Positions 1 through 9,901 of a stretch of DNA of 64,000 bases are shown here, one piece after another. The first letter of the stretch is position 1, and the number at the start of each line of letters is the position of its first letter. Source of the DNA: Parcubacteria bacterium C7867-001 (GTDB lineage Bacteria; Patescibacteriota; Minisyncoccia; Phycocordibacterales; Phycocordibacteraceae). The stretch lies in assembly GCA_001189095.1 (NCBI GenBank), contig LFCK01000002.1:65937-129936 (forward strand), in the 5' to 3' direction. A program made the translations under genes and the position numbers. A model generated the notes under the pieces. The model ran no database searches, was not told the DNA's origin, and saw only the letters and a program-made list of their open reading frames with translations.

Positions 1-276
1 TTTCGTAACAAACTAAGTTTGCTGAAAGAACGAATTTCTGGCCCACAAGGAAAGCGGTTTCTTGGAGCTTTAGTGAAGCATACTGGAAGTCCCTTGTTTG
101 ACGAGGAAAATAAAAATCATGCGTTGTTTTATAAGCCCGAGAACTACAAACCACACGCTCTCGTGCGAGATGATCTCGCCTTCCTCCAAAAACGCCTATT
201 ACAAAAAATTGAGAGCGCGTACGCTATCATCGACCAGCAGAAAGATACTGTGGAAGGGTCGCGGGAGGCAGCATAA
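1..276 (+). CDS. Partial CDS, the C-terminal end of a gene that starts upstream of the window; hypothetical protein
   Basis: Frame 1 is open from base 1 into the 19..276 ORF. A strong hairpin plus T-tract follows immediately after the stop (285-325). Confidence 0.45.
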   Translation, partial: FRNKLSLLKERISGPQGKRFLGALVKHTGSPLFDEENKNHALFYKPENYKPHALVRDDLAFLQKRLLQKIESAYAIIDQQKDTVEGSREAA

Positions 277-284
277 GAAACGCA

Positions 285-325
285 AAACCGCGCACGGAAC
301 TCCGTGCGCGGTTTTGTTTGTTCCC
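285..325 (+). terminator. Rho-independent terminator
   Basis: aaaaccgcgcacgg-aact-ccgtgcgcggtttt followed by a T-tract. Confidence 0.6.
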
Positions 326-533
326 ACCCATAACCCTCCAGGCACTCCTTGTACAAGTACAAGGTGAACGAGATGCCTGAGGAGACACCCAGCGAGCCCG
401 CACAAGGCGGGTACCAGATAGTCCTTGGGAAAACGCCCGAAGCCGTCAAGCTTTGCCTAGAGGGTTATAGGAAGGAAGGGAACAAAAAACGAGCCCTTGC
501 TCGTGTGATATAATCCTAGCATACCCCATTTTT

Positions 534-1514
534 ATGTCAAGTGGCCCCTCAGAACCCCGCTCCTTCGACCAAACGCTTGATGCGGCACTGCGCCCTTCCC
601 TCTGGGACGAGTATGTAGGCCAAGGGCACGTTAAAGCGAACGTTCGCATCGGTCTTGATGCGGCAAAAAAGCGTAATTCCATGCCCGAACATATCCTTTT
701 TTACGGGCCACCGGGAGTTGGTAAGACGACCCTCGCCTTTCTCGTCGCAAAAACCCTTGGATCTCCACTCAAAACTACTTCAGGAGTCGCCATTGAGCGC
801 GCGGGTGACCTCGCCGCGATACTTACGAACCTCGAGCCAGGCTCCGTCCTTTTTATAGATGAAATTCACCGGCTCGGAACAAAAGTCGAAGAGCTTCTCT
901 ACCCCGCACTCGAATCAGGATCGCTCGACATTATTCTTGGCAAAGGACCTTCCGCGCGCACGGTCGAACTTTCGCTTCCACCCTTCACGCTCGTTGGCGC
1001 AACGACCCGTATGGCACAAATCTCAGGGCCGCTTCGTTCTCGCTTTGGTGGCGGTGTGTATCAGCTCGATTTCTATACCGACGAAGATCTTCGCTCCATC
1101 ATCAAGCGCTCCGCTTCCCTGCTCGGGCTCTCGCCCCAAAAAGATGTCGTTGAGATGGTCGCCGCGAGAAGCCGCGCGACGCCGCGCGTCGCGAACGCAC
1201 TCCTAAAACGCGTACGCGATTACGCAGAAGTCCACGAGAAGGATCTTGTGCCTGAAACAGTCGAAGAAGCATTCGAACTCTTCGGCGTCGATGCGTTTGG
1301 TCTTACCAAAGACGATATCCGCTACCTTGATACACTCGCAACGAGCTTTAAGGGTGGACCTGCAGGTGTCCGCGCCCTTGCTTCAGCGCTCCACGAAGAC
1401 CCTGACACGGTTGAGAATGTGTACGAGCCGTACCTACTTCGCCTTGGGTTCATTGAGCGCGGTCCACGTGGACGCATACTTACTGAAAAAGGAAAGGAGT
1501 ACCTTGCCTCTTAG
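534..1514 (+). CDS. ruvB: Holliday junction branch-migration ATPase RuvB
   Basis: Walker A GPPGVGKTTLA. RuvB-like N, AAA and C-terminal winged-helix regions over the whole 326 aa. Confidence 0.93.
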   Translation: MSSGPSEPRSFDQTLDAALRPSLWDEYVGQGHVKANVRIGLDAAKKRNSMPEHILFYGPPGVGKTTLAFLVAKTLGSPLKTTSGVAIERAGDLAAILTNLEPGSVLFIDEIHRLGTKVEELLYPALESGSLDIILGKGPSARTVELSLPPFTLVGATTRMAQISGPLRSRFGGGVYQLDFYTDEDLRSIIKRSASLLGLSPQKDVVEMVAARSRATPRVANALLKRVRDYAEVHEKDLVPETVEEAFELFGVDAFGLTKDDIRYLDTLATSFKGGPAGVRALASALHEDPDTVENVYEPYLLRLGFIERGPRGRILTEKGKEYLAS

Positions 1515-1927
1515 CCGTATACCAAAAGAAGCCCGAGGAGCGCTGCTCCCACCCACCCTGCCATTGAGACCGCACCGCTTACGAGCGCTTTCGTCTTTTC
1601 TTCGCGCGTAAGTTCTGAAAACGAATACTTCGTTGCGAGCGATGAAATACGTTCGATAAAAAACCCGTTCACCACGAGCGCAAGAACGAAATCCATCTTA
1701 AGAAGGAACGCGGGATTATGGATGAGATACTCTGCACGGTCGATAAACATTAGTCCGCCCGTAAGCAATGCTGCTGCAAGTCCGATGCTCACGAAAATAT
1801 GTGACCATCGGACACTTCGCTCTTCGAGCGTTCGCTTCTTTCCGAGAAACCACTCGATGCCCTGCTCATCCGCGAGAACAACCGCAATTGCCGCACCGAT
1901 CACTGAAAAGACGTGGAGTGCAGCCAT
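1511..1927 (-). CDS. Hypothetical integral membrane protein
   Basis: 138 aa with 4 predicted hydrophobic helices. Overlaps the ruvB stop by 4 nt. Confidence 0.5.
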   Translation of the reverse strand: MAALHVFSVIGAAIAVVLADEQGIEWFLGKKRTLEERSVRWSHIFVSIGLAAALLTGGLMFIDRAEYLIHNPAFLLKMDFVLALVVNGFFIERISSLATKYSFSELTREEKTKALVSGAVSMAGWVGAALLGLLLVYG

Positions 1928-1930
1928 ACG

Positions 1931-2413
1931 TTAATTCGTAAGCGCACCTATCTTGAACGAAGCGAGCTCTGCAGTCGCACGACGATCACCACCATGCTGA
2001 TCAAGAAAGTCTTCCGTTCCGTCTCGCCCGCACATGCTTCGTATTGCAGAAGATCCGCCGGGGTGCTGGTTGATCCAGCTGGTGAGGTCATACACATTCC
2101 CACTCACGATAGTCCAGCAGCTCGCACTGGTACTGTGTGCAGCAACAGTTGATTTCGTAATTCCGGAAGGAGTTGATGTTTTGTTTGTCGTTGTTTTTGC
2201 GGGAGCAGATGGCGTTACAGATGGTGAGGTTGGGGTAGCAACTGGAGTTGCGCTTACGCTCGGCGCCGAAGTCGGAAGTGCTGTAGCCCCGTTTTGAACT
2301 GACGCTCCCTCAACCACTATTTTCCCTTGAGAAATAGCCAGATACTCGCCAAAAGCGGTTCCTGCTACGAACGCAAACACAAACGTGAGAAGGAGCGGGT
2401 AGAAGAGCTTCAT
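1931..2413 (-). CDS. Secreted cytochrome b5-like heme-binding domain protein
   Basis: N-terminal signal peptide, a Ser/Thr/Pro-rich linker and a C-terminal domain with the HPGG motif (WINQHPGGSS...GTEDF) typical of the cytochrome b5 family. Confidence 0.6.
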   Translation of the reverse strand: MKLFYPLLLTFVFAFVAGTAFGEYLAISQGKIVVEGASVQNGATALPTSAPSVSATPVATPTSPSVTPSAPAKTTTNKTSTPSGITKSTVAAHSTSASCWTIVSGNVYDLTSWINQHPGGSSAIRSMCGRDGTEDFLDQHGGDRRATAELASFKIGALTN

Positions 2414-2483
2414 GAATTCAGTATGTAGTGTAGCCGTATGAAAAGCTTCTTTCTTTCATGTTCGATAGTCTAGACTATGTAGT

Positions 2484-3323
2484 GTGAAGAAGAACCTGCT
2501 TCCCTATTTCCTCGCGTTCGTACTCCTTGTGATGGTCGTTTTCGGCCTCCTTTTTCTTTCTCTTTCGAGATCGGAGACGGACGCGCGCAATCCGTTCGTG
2601 TCACTCGTTTCTGAACTCTTCCCTGCGGCGCCCCAACCCGTTCTCTCTGACTTCGTCGAGGTTGTTGATGGCTGTGGGGCGGAGCACGAAGGATCCTGTG
2701 TGCGTGTTCGTGGGGCGCCAACCAGCACGGCCCCTGTCGTTATGCAGCTGCGCACGGGCATTGTGCTTCCAGTGTCCTCGACTACCGTAACCGATACAAC
2801 GGGTCGGACGTGGTACCAGATTTCATTTAGTGAGTGGCTCCGCTATCCGGAGCGGATCGCCGGTCCATGGTATGTCGCCGCTGATCTTGTGCAACCATTC
2901 TTTGCAGTTGCCACTGAAGAACTTCCTGAGCCGGGCGTAGCATCGACAACCAAACGCATTCTCGTCGACCGTTCGGATCAAACGCTCTATGCCTATGACG
3001 GCGCCGAGCTTTTCCTTGAGACGCCGATATCGACCGGTCTTGATCTCACCCCGACGCCACGCGGCTTGTTTGTCGTATATCGCAAAACGCCGAGCCGCTA
3101 CATGCAGGGCCCGCTGCCCGGCATCAGCAACCAGTACTACGATTTGCCCGGCGTGCCGTGGAATCTCTATTTCACTAATGAAGGTGGTGCGATACACGGT
3201 GCGTACTGGCATACGCAATTCGGAAAGCAGTGGTCCCACGGTTGCGTGAATGTGCCGCTTGAAACGGCGAAGAAGCTATACGAATGGACGCCGCTCGGCA
3301 CGCCGGTGACCGTGCGCGATTAG
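2484..3323 (+). CDS. L,D-transpeptidase (YkuD domain)
   Basis: GTG start, N-terminal TM anchor, and a C-terminal catalytic domain with the conserved SHGCVN motif (Cys nucleophile). Confidence 0.85.
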   Translation: MKKNLLPYFLAFVLLVMVVFGLLFLSLSRSETDARNPFVSLVSELFPAAPQPVLSDFVEVVDGCGAEHEGSCVRVRGAPTSTAPVVMQLRTGIVLPVSSTTVTDTTGRTWYQISFSEWLRYPERIAGPWYVAADLVQPFFAVATEELPEPGVASTTKRILVDRSDQTLYAYDGAELFLETPISTGLDLTPTPRGLFVVYRKTPSRYMQGPLPGISNQYYDLPGVPWNLYFTNEGGAIHGAYWHTQFGKQWSHGCVNVPLETAKKLYEWTPLGTPVTVRD

Positions 3324-3344
3324 ATTTTGGTATAGTGCCGATAC

Positions 3345-3902
3345 ATGGCGGGACATTCTAAATGGGCGCAGATAAAGCGAGCAAAAGCGGTGACGGACGC
3401 CGCAAAGAGCCGCACTTTCTCGAAATTCGCACGAGAAATAACCATGGAGAGCAGGAAGGTTGGCGGCAGCCTCTCCTCCCCTGCTCTTGCGGCGGTCATC
3501 GGGCGCGCTAAGGCGGCCAACATGCCGAAAGACAACATTGACCGCGCAATAGCAAAAGGTACTAGCAAGGATGAAGGTGATCTCGCACAAGTTTCGTACG
3601 AATTCTACGGCCCCGCCGGCATCGCGATTATCGGCGTTGCCGTTACCGACAACACCAACCGCACCGTGCAGGAGATAAAGCATCTCCTCTTAAAAAATGG
3701 ATATGAACTTGGTGCGCCCGGAAGCGCGGCGTGGGCATTTACAAAAACACCGGATGGACGCTACCTCGCAAACGAACCTCTCATGGACGTCGAAGGCGAG
3801 AGTGAGGAAAAACTAGGTCTGGTGCTCGAAGCACTCGATGAACAAGACGATATTCAAGAAATATTCACGAACGCGCGCGGCTATGAGAATACTAGCGATT
3901 GA
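3345..3902 (+). CDS. YebC/PmpR-family protein (short form)
   Basis: N-terminus MAGHSKWAQIKRAK is the YebC/TACO1 family signature. It lies immediately upstream of ruvC, as in many bacteria. At 185 aa it is shorter than canonical YebC. Confidence 0.7.
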   Translation: MAGHSKWAQIKRAKAVTDAAKSRTFSKFAREITMESRKVGGSLSSPALAAVIGRAKAANMPKDNIDRAIAKGTSKDEGDLAQVSYEFYGPAGIAIIGVAVTDNTNRTVQEIKHLLLKNGYELGAPGSAAWAFTKTPDGRYLANEPLMDVEGESEEKLGLVLEALDEQDDIQEIFTNARGYENTSD

Positions 3903-4362
3903 TCCTGGTTACGACCGGATGGGTATCGCGGTTGTTGAAGGAGACCCTTCAAGACCAACGGTTGTGTGGAGCGATTGCGTACTACCTCCGAAAGGAAACA
4001 AAGAAGACCGTCTTGCATTTGTGAGCGCTGCAATAAAAAACGCTATCGACGAGCACACACCTGAGGTGTTTGCGCTCGAATCGTTGTTTTTCAGCGTGAA
4101 CAAAAAAACAGCACTTGGTGTCGCAGAGGCACGTGGCGCCGCGCTTTCAGCAGCGGGCGAAGCGGGTCTTATCGTACGGGAATTTTCTCCGGGGACCGTA
4201 AAGCTTGCCGTTACGGGAAGCGGTCGCGCTGATAAGAAAGCGATAGCGAGTATGGTACCTAAGCTCGTAGCGCTGACGCCAAGAAAACGTCTTGATGACG
4301 AGCTCGATGCAATCGCCGTCGGCATAACCGCCCTTGCCCACCGCTATCCACAGCAACCGTGA
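3883..4362 (+). CDS. ruvC: Holliday junction resolvase RuvC
   Basis: MRILAIDPGYDRMGIAVVEG N-terminal catalytic Asp motif. ~160 aa. The start is chosen at the conserved MRIL rather than the ORF-track start. Confidence 0.85.
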   Translation: MRILAIDPGYDRMGIAVVEGDPSRPTVVWSDCVLPPKGNKEDRLAFVSAAIKNAIDEHTPEVFALESLFFSVNKKTALGVAEARGAALSAAGEAGLIVREFSPGTVKLAVTGSGRADKKAIASMVPKLVALTPRKRLDDELDAIAVGITALAHRYPQQP

Positions 4363-4452
4363 AAATCGGAGCTTGCAAAGAACAACATTTCTGGTGAAAT
4401 GGAGGTGCTTCGCGTGCCGAAGCGACATTATCTTTAAAGACTGTTTTGAATC

Positions 4453-4575
4453 ATGGACGATGAACGTGAGCTTGATGGGAATAAGGGTGAATTAGAGGAC
4501 GAAGCGGTAGTGGGTGATGATGAAACCGATGAAGAAGACGATTTCGCCACCGGTTTAGACGACGAAGAAGAATAG
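4453..4575 (+). CDS. Possible 40-aa highly acidic small protein (MDDERELDGNKGELEDEAVVGDDETDEEDDFATGLDDEEE)
   Basis: Read by eye, below the ORF-track cutoff. It is directly followed by a canonical terminator. It is low-complexity, so coding status is uncertain. Confidence 0.25.
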   Translation: MDDERELDGNKGELEDEAVVGDDETDEEDDFATGLDDEEE

Positions 4576-4589
4576 ATTGGGTAACGAAA

Positions 4590-4620
4590 AAGCTCGGCCC
4601 GTTGCGCCGAGCTTTTTCTT
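4590..4620 (+). terminator. Rho-independent terminator
   Basis: gctcggc-ccgttgc-gccgagc followed by ttttctttt. It overlaps the annotated 5' end of the PBP ORF, so the PBP start must be downstream. Confidence 0.6.
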
Positions 4621-4637
4621 TTGCTACATATGCTAGG

Positions 4638-6746
4638 ATGCATTCCATGCCACGCCCGAAGCGGCATTCTCTTCATAATCCGCATCCGATAACCCGACGC
4701 CTGTATGTTTTCGCGGGCATCGTACTGTGCGTAATGGCCGCGACCATACTCTGGATCGCACTCACGCCGACACCCGATCTCGACTCGTTCGGGGCACGAC
4801 GTGTTTCCCAATCAACCAAAATATTCGACCGAACCGGAAAGACAGTTCTCTACGATCTCAATCCGGACGTCCACCGCACCAGCATTCCCCTCTCAAGCAT
4901 TTCCCCATTCATTCAGAAGGCGACTATTTCTATTGAGGACGCTGATTTCTATAACCATGGCGGTGTAAGTATCACCGGCATCATCCGCTCGGTGTACAAA
5001 GATATTTTCAGTGCATCGTTTGCACAAGGTGGTTCGACCATCACCCAACAAGTCGTGAAAAATACGCTTTTGACCGGTGAGAAAAGTATCGTTCGCAAGG
5101 TGCAGGAGTGGATTCTTGCGAGCAAGCTTGAGCAGCGCTACAGCAAGGACCAGATCCTGGAGTTCTACCTAAACGACACATCGTATGGTGGCACACTCTA
5201 CGGCGTCGAAGCGACTAGCCGTGCATTCTTCGGAAAGTCAGCATCAGACGTATCTATTGCTGAGGCAGCTTATCTTGCGGCAATTCCACAAGCCCCAACC
5301 TACTACTCTCCTTATGGAAACAATCGAAAGTCACTCGATAACCGCCAGAAAATGGTGCTTTCCCGTATGCATGAGCTTGGCTATATCTCGGACACCCAGT
5401 ACGAGGAGTCGAAGAAAGAAACTGTTACCTTTGGTCAACGGTCGTCGGGTTCCATTATTGCTCCACACTTTGTCTTCTATATTGAGCAGCAGCTTGAAGA
5501 AAAATATGGACCTTCGGTTGCCACTATGGGACTTTCGGTCATTACGACGCTTGATGCTGATCTCCAGCATGCGGCAGAAACGACTGTAGCGCAGTATGCT
5601 GCCGAAAACACAAAGAAATTTAATGCTTCGAATGCGGCGCTCGTTGCTATCGATCCCAAAACGGGCCAGATACTCGCTATGGTCGGCTCAAGGAATTATT
5701 TCGATCCTGAAATAGACGGCAATTACAATGCGTCACTCGCAAGCCGCCAGCCCGGTTCTTCCTTCAAGCCTTTCGTATACGCCGCAGCTCTCGCGAAGGG
5801 CTATACTCCTGAGACCGCAATTTTCGATCTCCCGACACAATTCTCGACAGCCTGCAGCGCAAGCGATAACTACAACAGCAACCCTCCGTGCTACGCGCCG
5901 AGTGACTACGACAATAAATTCCGTGGCCCAATGACGTTCACGACTGCACTCGCGCAATCCATCAACGTTCCCGCGGTGAAAGTCATGTACCTCGCTGGCA
6001 TCAAGAACGTCATTGATCTCGCGACACGCATGGGAATCACAACACTTGGTGACCCGAACCATTACGGTCTCTCCCTCGCACTTGGCGCCGCAGAAGTCCA
6101 CCTCCTTGAGCTTACGAATGCGTATGGCGCTTTTGCAAACAACGGAACACTTAACCCAATAACTGGATTCCTTGAAGTTAAGGACGCGGAGGGTAAAACG
6201 CTCGAAAAGTTTGAAGAAAAGCCGCAGCTCGTGCTTGATCCGGGTGTCGCGCATGATATTTCTTCGATGCTCTCCAACAACGAGGCTCGCTTCCCTGAAT
6301 ACCCTCCTGAAAACCCGCTCCACTTCGCTGGATACGACGTTGCTGCAAAGACTGGTACGACAAATGATTACAAAGACGCATGGACGGTCGGCTACACTCC
6401 AAATCTTGTGGTAGGTGTATGGGCTGGCAACAATGACGCAAGTCCGATGGTGAAGGAAATTGCAGGATATATTGTCGCACCTATGTGGCACGCATTTATG
6501 GAGCAAGCGCTTGCGAAACTTCCTAAGGAATTCTTTGGTGAACCACGAGGTATACCGGATGGCGCTCCGGGAATTCTCCGCGGTATCTATCTCGATGGAA
6601 GTGGTGTATCCCATGAAATTCTCCACTTCGTAAACAAGAGCGATCCTCTTTCCGGCGGCGCATCATGGGGAGACCCGCAGTACTCCTATTGGGAATATCC
6701 AGTTCAACAGTGGATGGGAGCAAACCCCGGATACACCGGACAGTAA
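4638..6746 (+). CDS. Class A penicillin-binding protein (glycosyltransferase plus transpeptidase, PBP1A-like)
   Basis: N-terminal TM anchor. GT51 motif EDADFYNHGG. Transpeptidase motifs SGSSFKP (SxxK) and KTGT. The start is placed at ATG 4638, downstream of the terminator. Confidence 0.9.
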   Translation: MHSMPRPKRHSLHNPHPITRRLYVFAGIVLCVMAATILWIALTPTPDLDSFGARRVSQSTKIFDRTGKTVLYDLNPDVHRTSIPLSSISPFIQKATISIEDADFYNHGGVSITGIIRSVYKDIFSASFAQGGSTITQQVVKNTLLTGEKSIVRKVQEWILASKLEQRYSKDQILEFYLNDTSYGGTLYGVEATSRAFFGKSASDVSIAEAAYLAAIPQAPTYYSPYGNNRKSLDNRQKMVLSRMHELGYISDTQYEESKKETVTFGQRSSGSIIAPHFVFYIEQQLEEKYGPSVATMGLSVITTLDADLQHAAETTVAQYAAENTKKFNASNAALVAIDPKTGQILAMVGSRNYFDPEIDGNYNASLASRQPGSSFKPFVYAAALAKGYTPETAIFDLPTQFSTACSASDNYNSNPPCYAPSDYDNKFRGPMTFTTALAQSINVPAVKVMYLAGIKNVIDLATRMGITTLGDPNHYGLSLALGAAEVHLLELTNAYGAFANNGTLNPITGFLEVKDAEGKTLEKFEEKPQLVLDPGVAHDISSMLSNNEARFPEYPPENPLHFAGYDVAAKTGTTNDYKDAWTVGYTPNLVVGVWAGNNDASPMVKEIAGYIVAPMWHAFMEQALAKLPKEFFGEPRGIPDGAPGILRGIYLDGSGVSHEILHFVNKSDPLSGGASWGDPQYSYWEYPVQQWMGANPGYTGQ

Positions 6747-7001
6747 TTACCTCAAGTACTTCTTAATCCACCACTCTTTCAAAGTCGGAAATGTTAGCGT
6801 CGAGAGTAGGAAACCAAGAGTAGGAATGACAGCTCCTAGGTAGGCATTTGGCGCTTGTATGACTAGGAGTGCGATTACTGCCGTTACGTATGTAGTCACA
6901 GCAACCAGGAGTTTGCGGAATAAACTCGTCTCCCAAGCCTTATCGAGCGATACACGCTGGTTCCTTTCTTTTATTTGTTGAATTTCTTTCTCTAACTCCA
7001 T
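6747..7001 (-). CDS. Small membrane protein, hypothetical
   Basis: 84 aa with one hydrophobic stretch, in the compact gene spacing downstream of dnaN. Confidence 0.4.
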   Translation of the reverse strand: MELEKEIQQIKERNQRVSLDKAWETSLFRKLLVAVTTYVTAVIALLVIQAPNAYLGAVIPTLGFLLSTLTFPTLKEWWIKKYLR

Positions 7002-7006
7002 ACAAA

Positions 7007-8107
7007 CTACTGATTCATCGGCATCACAAGATATAAGAGTGAACTATCCCCTACTCCACGCATCACTAGCGCGCGACCGATTCCACTCGCCGAAAGAGAA
7101 ATGTTTTCCGTTGTAAAAAGAGAAAGAGGAGCCTGAAGGTAGCGGTAATTGAACGCAAGCTCAATAGACTCTCCATTGATCGCTGCGGGGATAGACTCCG
7201 CTGTGGTACCAACATCAGCATTACGTGCATCAAGCACCACTCTCTTCCCTGCAGCATCGAATTTAAGCTTCACTTTCTGAAAGGAGTCTGAGAAGACTGA
7301 GGTAAGACGAAGTGCTGGATCGAAGTCCTTACGAAGAAGGGTTGCCTCCGAAACAAATGTCTTCGGAATGATTTGCTGATAGTCCGGATAGGAGACGGTC
7401 ACGAGACGACTGGTAATCACTCCGTCCTTCCACATGACCGCACATTGATGTTCATCAACCAGAACGGTAACTTCGTCGTCAGGAATGGTTTGCGCCAGCT
7501 CTACGGCATTTTTAGCGGGAATAAGCATAGTAAACGGCGGTATTGAACCAGAGCTCGTCACTTTCTTTTCAATAAGACGGAAAGAGTCAGTGGCTGCCGA
7601 GGTAATCACTCCTCCTTCGGCTTTAATGAAGATGCTTGCGAGCTCTGGACGGATAGTTGAGACGGACGCACAGGGCGCGACGGAGAGAATCAGCGACTTA
7701 AGAATGCTACCTGCAATTGCGAATTTAGCTTTCGAACCTTCAGGAATTGGTAGTGTGGGGAAATCTTCATAAGGGAGGGTGCGAAGAGTGCTTTTGGCAC
7801 CTGAAGTTGAAATAACGGCGGTTTCTCCCGCATGCTCAATGGTCACTGCGCCAGCCCCAGTAAAGGAGGCGCTCGTCTCTTTTAGAACTTGTGCGGGAAG
7901 AACCACTACACCGGCATCTTTGATTGTTCCGGTGATTTTTATATCAATACCTGTTTCAAGATTTGTTGCTCGAAGCTTTATTCCGTCATCGCCAGCAAGT
8001 ATGACGATGCCTCCTAGAACAGGAAGTGAGGTCGCTGTTCGTTGTGCAAATCGACTAACTCGAGAAACTGCATCTCCTAATTCTTTTTTTTCTAGAGAAA
8101 TGACCAT
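7007..8107 (-). CDS. dnaN: DNA polymerase III beta sliding clamp
   Basis: ~366 aa immediately downstream of dnaA. Three-domain clamp-like sequence. The start is placed at MVISLEKKELGD. Confidence 0.88.
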   Translation of the reverse strand: MVISLEKKELGDAVSRVSRFAQRTATSLPVLGGIVILAGDDGIKLRATNLETGIDIKITGTIKDAGVVVLPAQVLKETSASFTGAGAVTIEHAGETAVISTSGAKSTLRTLPYEDFPTLPIPEGSKAKFAIAGSILKSLILSVAPCASVSTIRPELASIFIKAEGGVITSAATDSFRLIEKKVTSSGSIPPFTMLIPAKNAVELAQTIPDDEVTVLVDEHQCAVMWKDGVITSRLVTVSYPDYQQIIPKTFVSEATLLRKDFDPALRLTSVFSDSFQKVKLKFDAAGKRVVLDARNADVGTTAESIPAAINGESIELAFNYRYLQAPLSLFTTENISLSASGIGRALVMRGVGDSSLLYLVMPMNQ

Positions 8108-8319
8108 ACAAGGATTATAAGGCGTGTGGATACGGGGATATCGTATTCGAGCTAGTAAATACAACGTTTTTTCGTGAAGGAGTAGCTAAGAAGCTGTGTA
8201 TATTCTTGGCACAGGAAGTGGGGATAACTACTGGAGTAGTGCATGACTGGGTATAACCGATCCTTTTCCCCAACTCCATCCCCATAGTTTTACGGAAGTT
8301 TTTCATATCTTTTCCACAG
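8108..8319. promoter_or_regulatory. Candidate oriC / DnaA-box cluster in the dnaA-dnaN intergenic region
   Basis: Two 9-mers match TTATCCACA/TGTGGATAA at 8/9: TGTGGATAC (8126-8134) and TTTTCCACA (8311-8319). TGGGGATAA (~8221-8229) is 7/9. TGTGTATAT is 6/9. A flanking AT-rich stretch is present. Confidence 0.45.
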
Positions 8320-9681
8320 CTATACCAACAGTCCGCGGATATCGGAGATCTCTTTCGCGAGCTCCGCATCTTCAATAACTTCACGCTTCACTTTCTCGCA
8401 GGAGTGAATAACGGTAGTGTGGTCGCGCCCACCAAGCTTGCTACCAATAGTTGGATACGAAACTGAAAAGTCCTCACGGAGAAGGTACATAATGACTTGG
8501 CGTGGGCGCACTACCTCCCTTCTACGAGTCTTCTCGTAGATACTTTCCTCATCGATACCGTAGAACTCAGCAACTTTAGAGACCACATGCTTAACCGATA
8601 CTGTTTTTGTTGGGCGTGAGAAGGTTCTGAGTGACTGACGTACCTCAGCAAGATCAGGAGGGATCCCCTTTACTTGCGTATGGCAGACAACGCTATTAAT
8701 CACACCCTCAAGCTCACGAATAGAGCCTGAAACTGAGGTCGCGATGTATTCAATAACCGAATCATCAAGGTGGATGCCATGATGAGCGGCCTTTTTACGG
8801 ACAATAGCGATACGTGATTCCGTGTCTGGCTCGCCGATATCGACGGTCATACCACTCGAGAAGCGGCCACGAAGGCGATCGGCGATATCAGGAATAGCCT
8901 GCGGAGGACGATCTGAGGAGAAAATAATCTGCTTATTGTTGTCGTGAAGCGAATTGAAAAGGTGGAAGAGTTCTTCCTGTGTTTTTTCGCGCTTAGTGAG
9001 GAATTGCACATCGTCCATGATCAAAAGATCGTACTGGCGGTATTTTTCCTTGAAACGATTTGCCGTACCGGCCTGAATCGAGTCGGTATAGTCGTTTCCA
9101 AAACGCTCCGAGGTGAGATAGAACACTTTTCGGTTCGGATACATTTTCTTGAAATGGTTTCCTATTGCCTGAATGAGGTGCGTCTTCCCTCTTCCCGTCT
9201 CTCCATAGATGAAAAGCGGGTTGTAGGTGATTCCGGGGCGCTTTATGGCCGCCTGAGCCGCAGTGTGCGCGAGCTCATTGAAAGCACCGATGACGAAGGT
9301 GTCGAAGGTGTAGCGAGGGTTAAGATTGTCACTTTTGTTTATGTAGAACTCATCGAGCGGAAGTTCAGTATTCGGCCTATCGCGGCGTACTTCCTTAGGT
9401 TTTCGGCGGTCGTCTTTAACGATGAGGTACTCAATATTTCGATACTCAAACGAAACTCCACGAATAATTTTGAGGAGGAGGGTGTGAAATTTCTTCTGGT
9501 ACCAGTCGCGGAAGAATTGGCTTGGTACGCCAACGTACACAATGCCGTCCTCTATCTTCACAATGGAGCTCTCTCTGAACCATGTGTTGAAATTTGCTGG
9601 AGAAATGGATAATTCGACCTGCGTCAGCACGTACTCCCACAACTCACGAGGATCGGATTTATTCATGACAGATTCGAGCAT
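8320..9681 (-). CDS. dnaA: Chromosomal replication initiator DnaA
   Basis: Walker [14 protein letters not shown]+ domain III and a C-terminal DNA-binding domain IV. The start is placed at [10 protein letters not shown]. Confidence 0.93.
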   Translation of the reverse strand: MLESVMNKSDPRELWEYVLTQVELSISPANFNTWFRESSIVKIEDGIVYVGVPSQFFRDWYQKKFHTLLLKIIRGVSFEYRNIEYLIVKDDRRKPKEVRRDRPNTELPLDEFYINKSDNLNPRYTFDTFVIGAFNELAHTAAQAAIKRPGITYNPLFIYGETGRGKTHLIQAIGNHFKKMYPNRKVFYLTSERFGNDYTDSIQAGTANRFKEKYRQYDLLIMDDVQFLTKREKTQEELFHLFNSLHDNNKQIIFSSDRPPQAIPDIADRLRGRFSSGMTVDIGEPDTESRIAIVRKKAAHHGIHLDDSVIEYIATSVSGSIRELEGVINSVVCHTQVKGIPPDLAEVRQSLRTFSRPTKTVSVKHVVSKVAEFYGIDEESIYEKTRRREVVRPRQVIMYLLREDFSVSYPTIGSKLGGRDHTTVIHSCEKVKREVIEDAELAKEISDIRGLLV

Positions 9682-9761
9682 TATACGCTTCCCTTCTGAA
9701 GCGGGTAAGTGCCGCTTTTTCTTGCAGAACGGTGGAGAACCTGTTAGTATCCTGTGGATAT

Positions 9762-9899
9762 ATGCCAAAGCGAACCTACCAGCCAAAAAAGCGAAAACGA
9801 GCAAAGACTCACGGTTTCCGTACGCGCAGCAAGACGGCGAACGGTAAGAACGTGCTCCGCCGACGCCGCCGAAAAGGCCGCGCCAGCCTTACGGTCTAG
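9762..9899 (+). CDS. rpmH: 50S ribosomal protein L34
   Basis: Read by eye (45 aa): [45 protein letters not shown]. This is the canonical L34 sequence, positioned upstream of rnpA. Confidence 0.9.
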   Translation: MPKRTYQPKKRKRAKTHGFRTRSKTANGKNVLRRRRRKGRASLTV

Positions 9900-9901
9900 C
9901 C

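Noticed and set aside
98-449. Several 60-100-aa ORFs on both strands at the left edge and throughout (for example 98..367, 144..449, 655..858)
   Set aside because: They overlap confident genes or terminators in other frames and have biased composition. Treated as ORF-finder noise.
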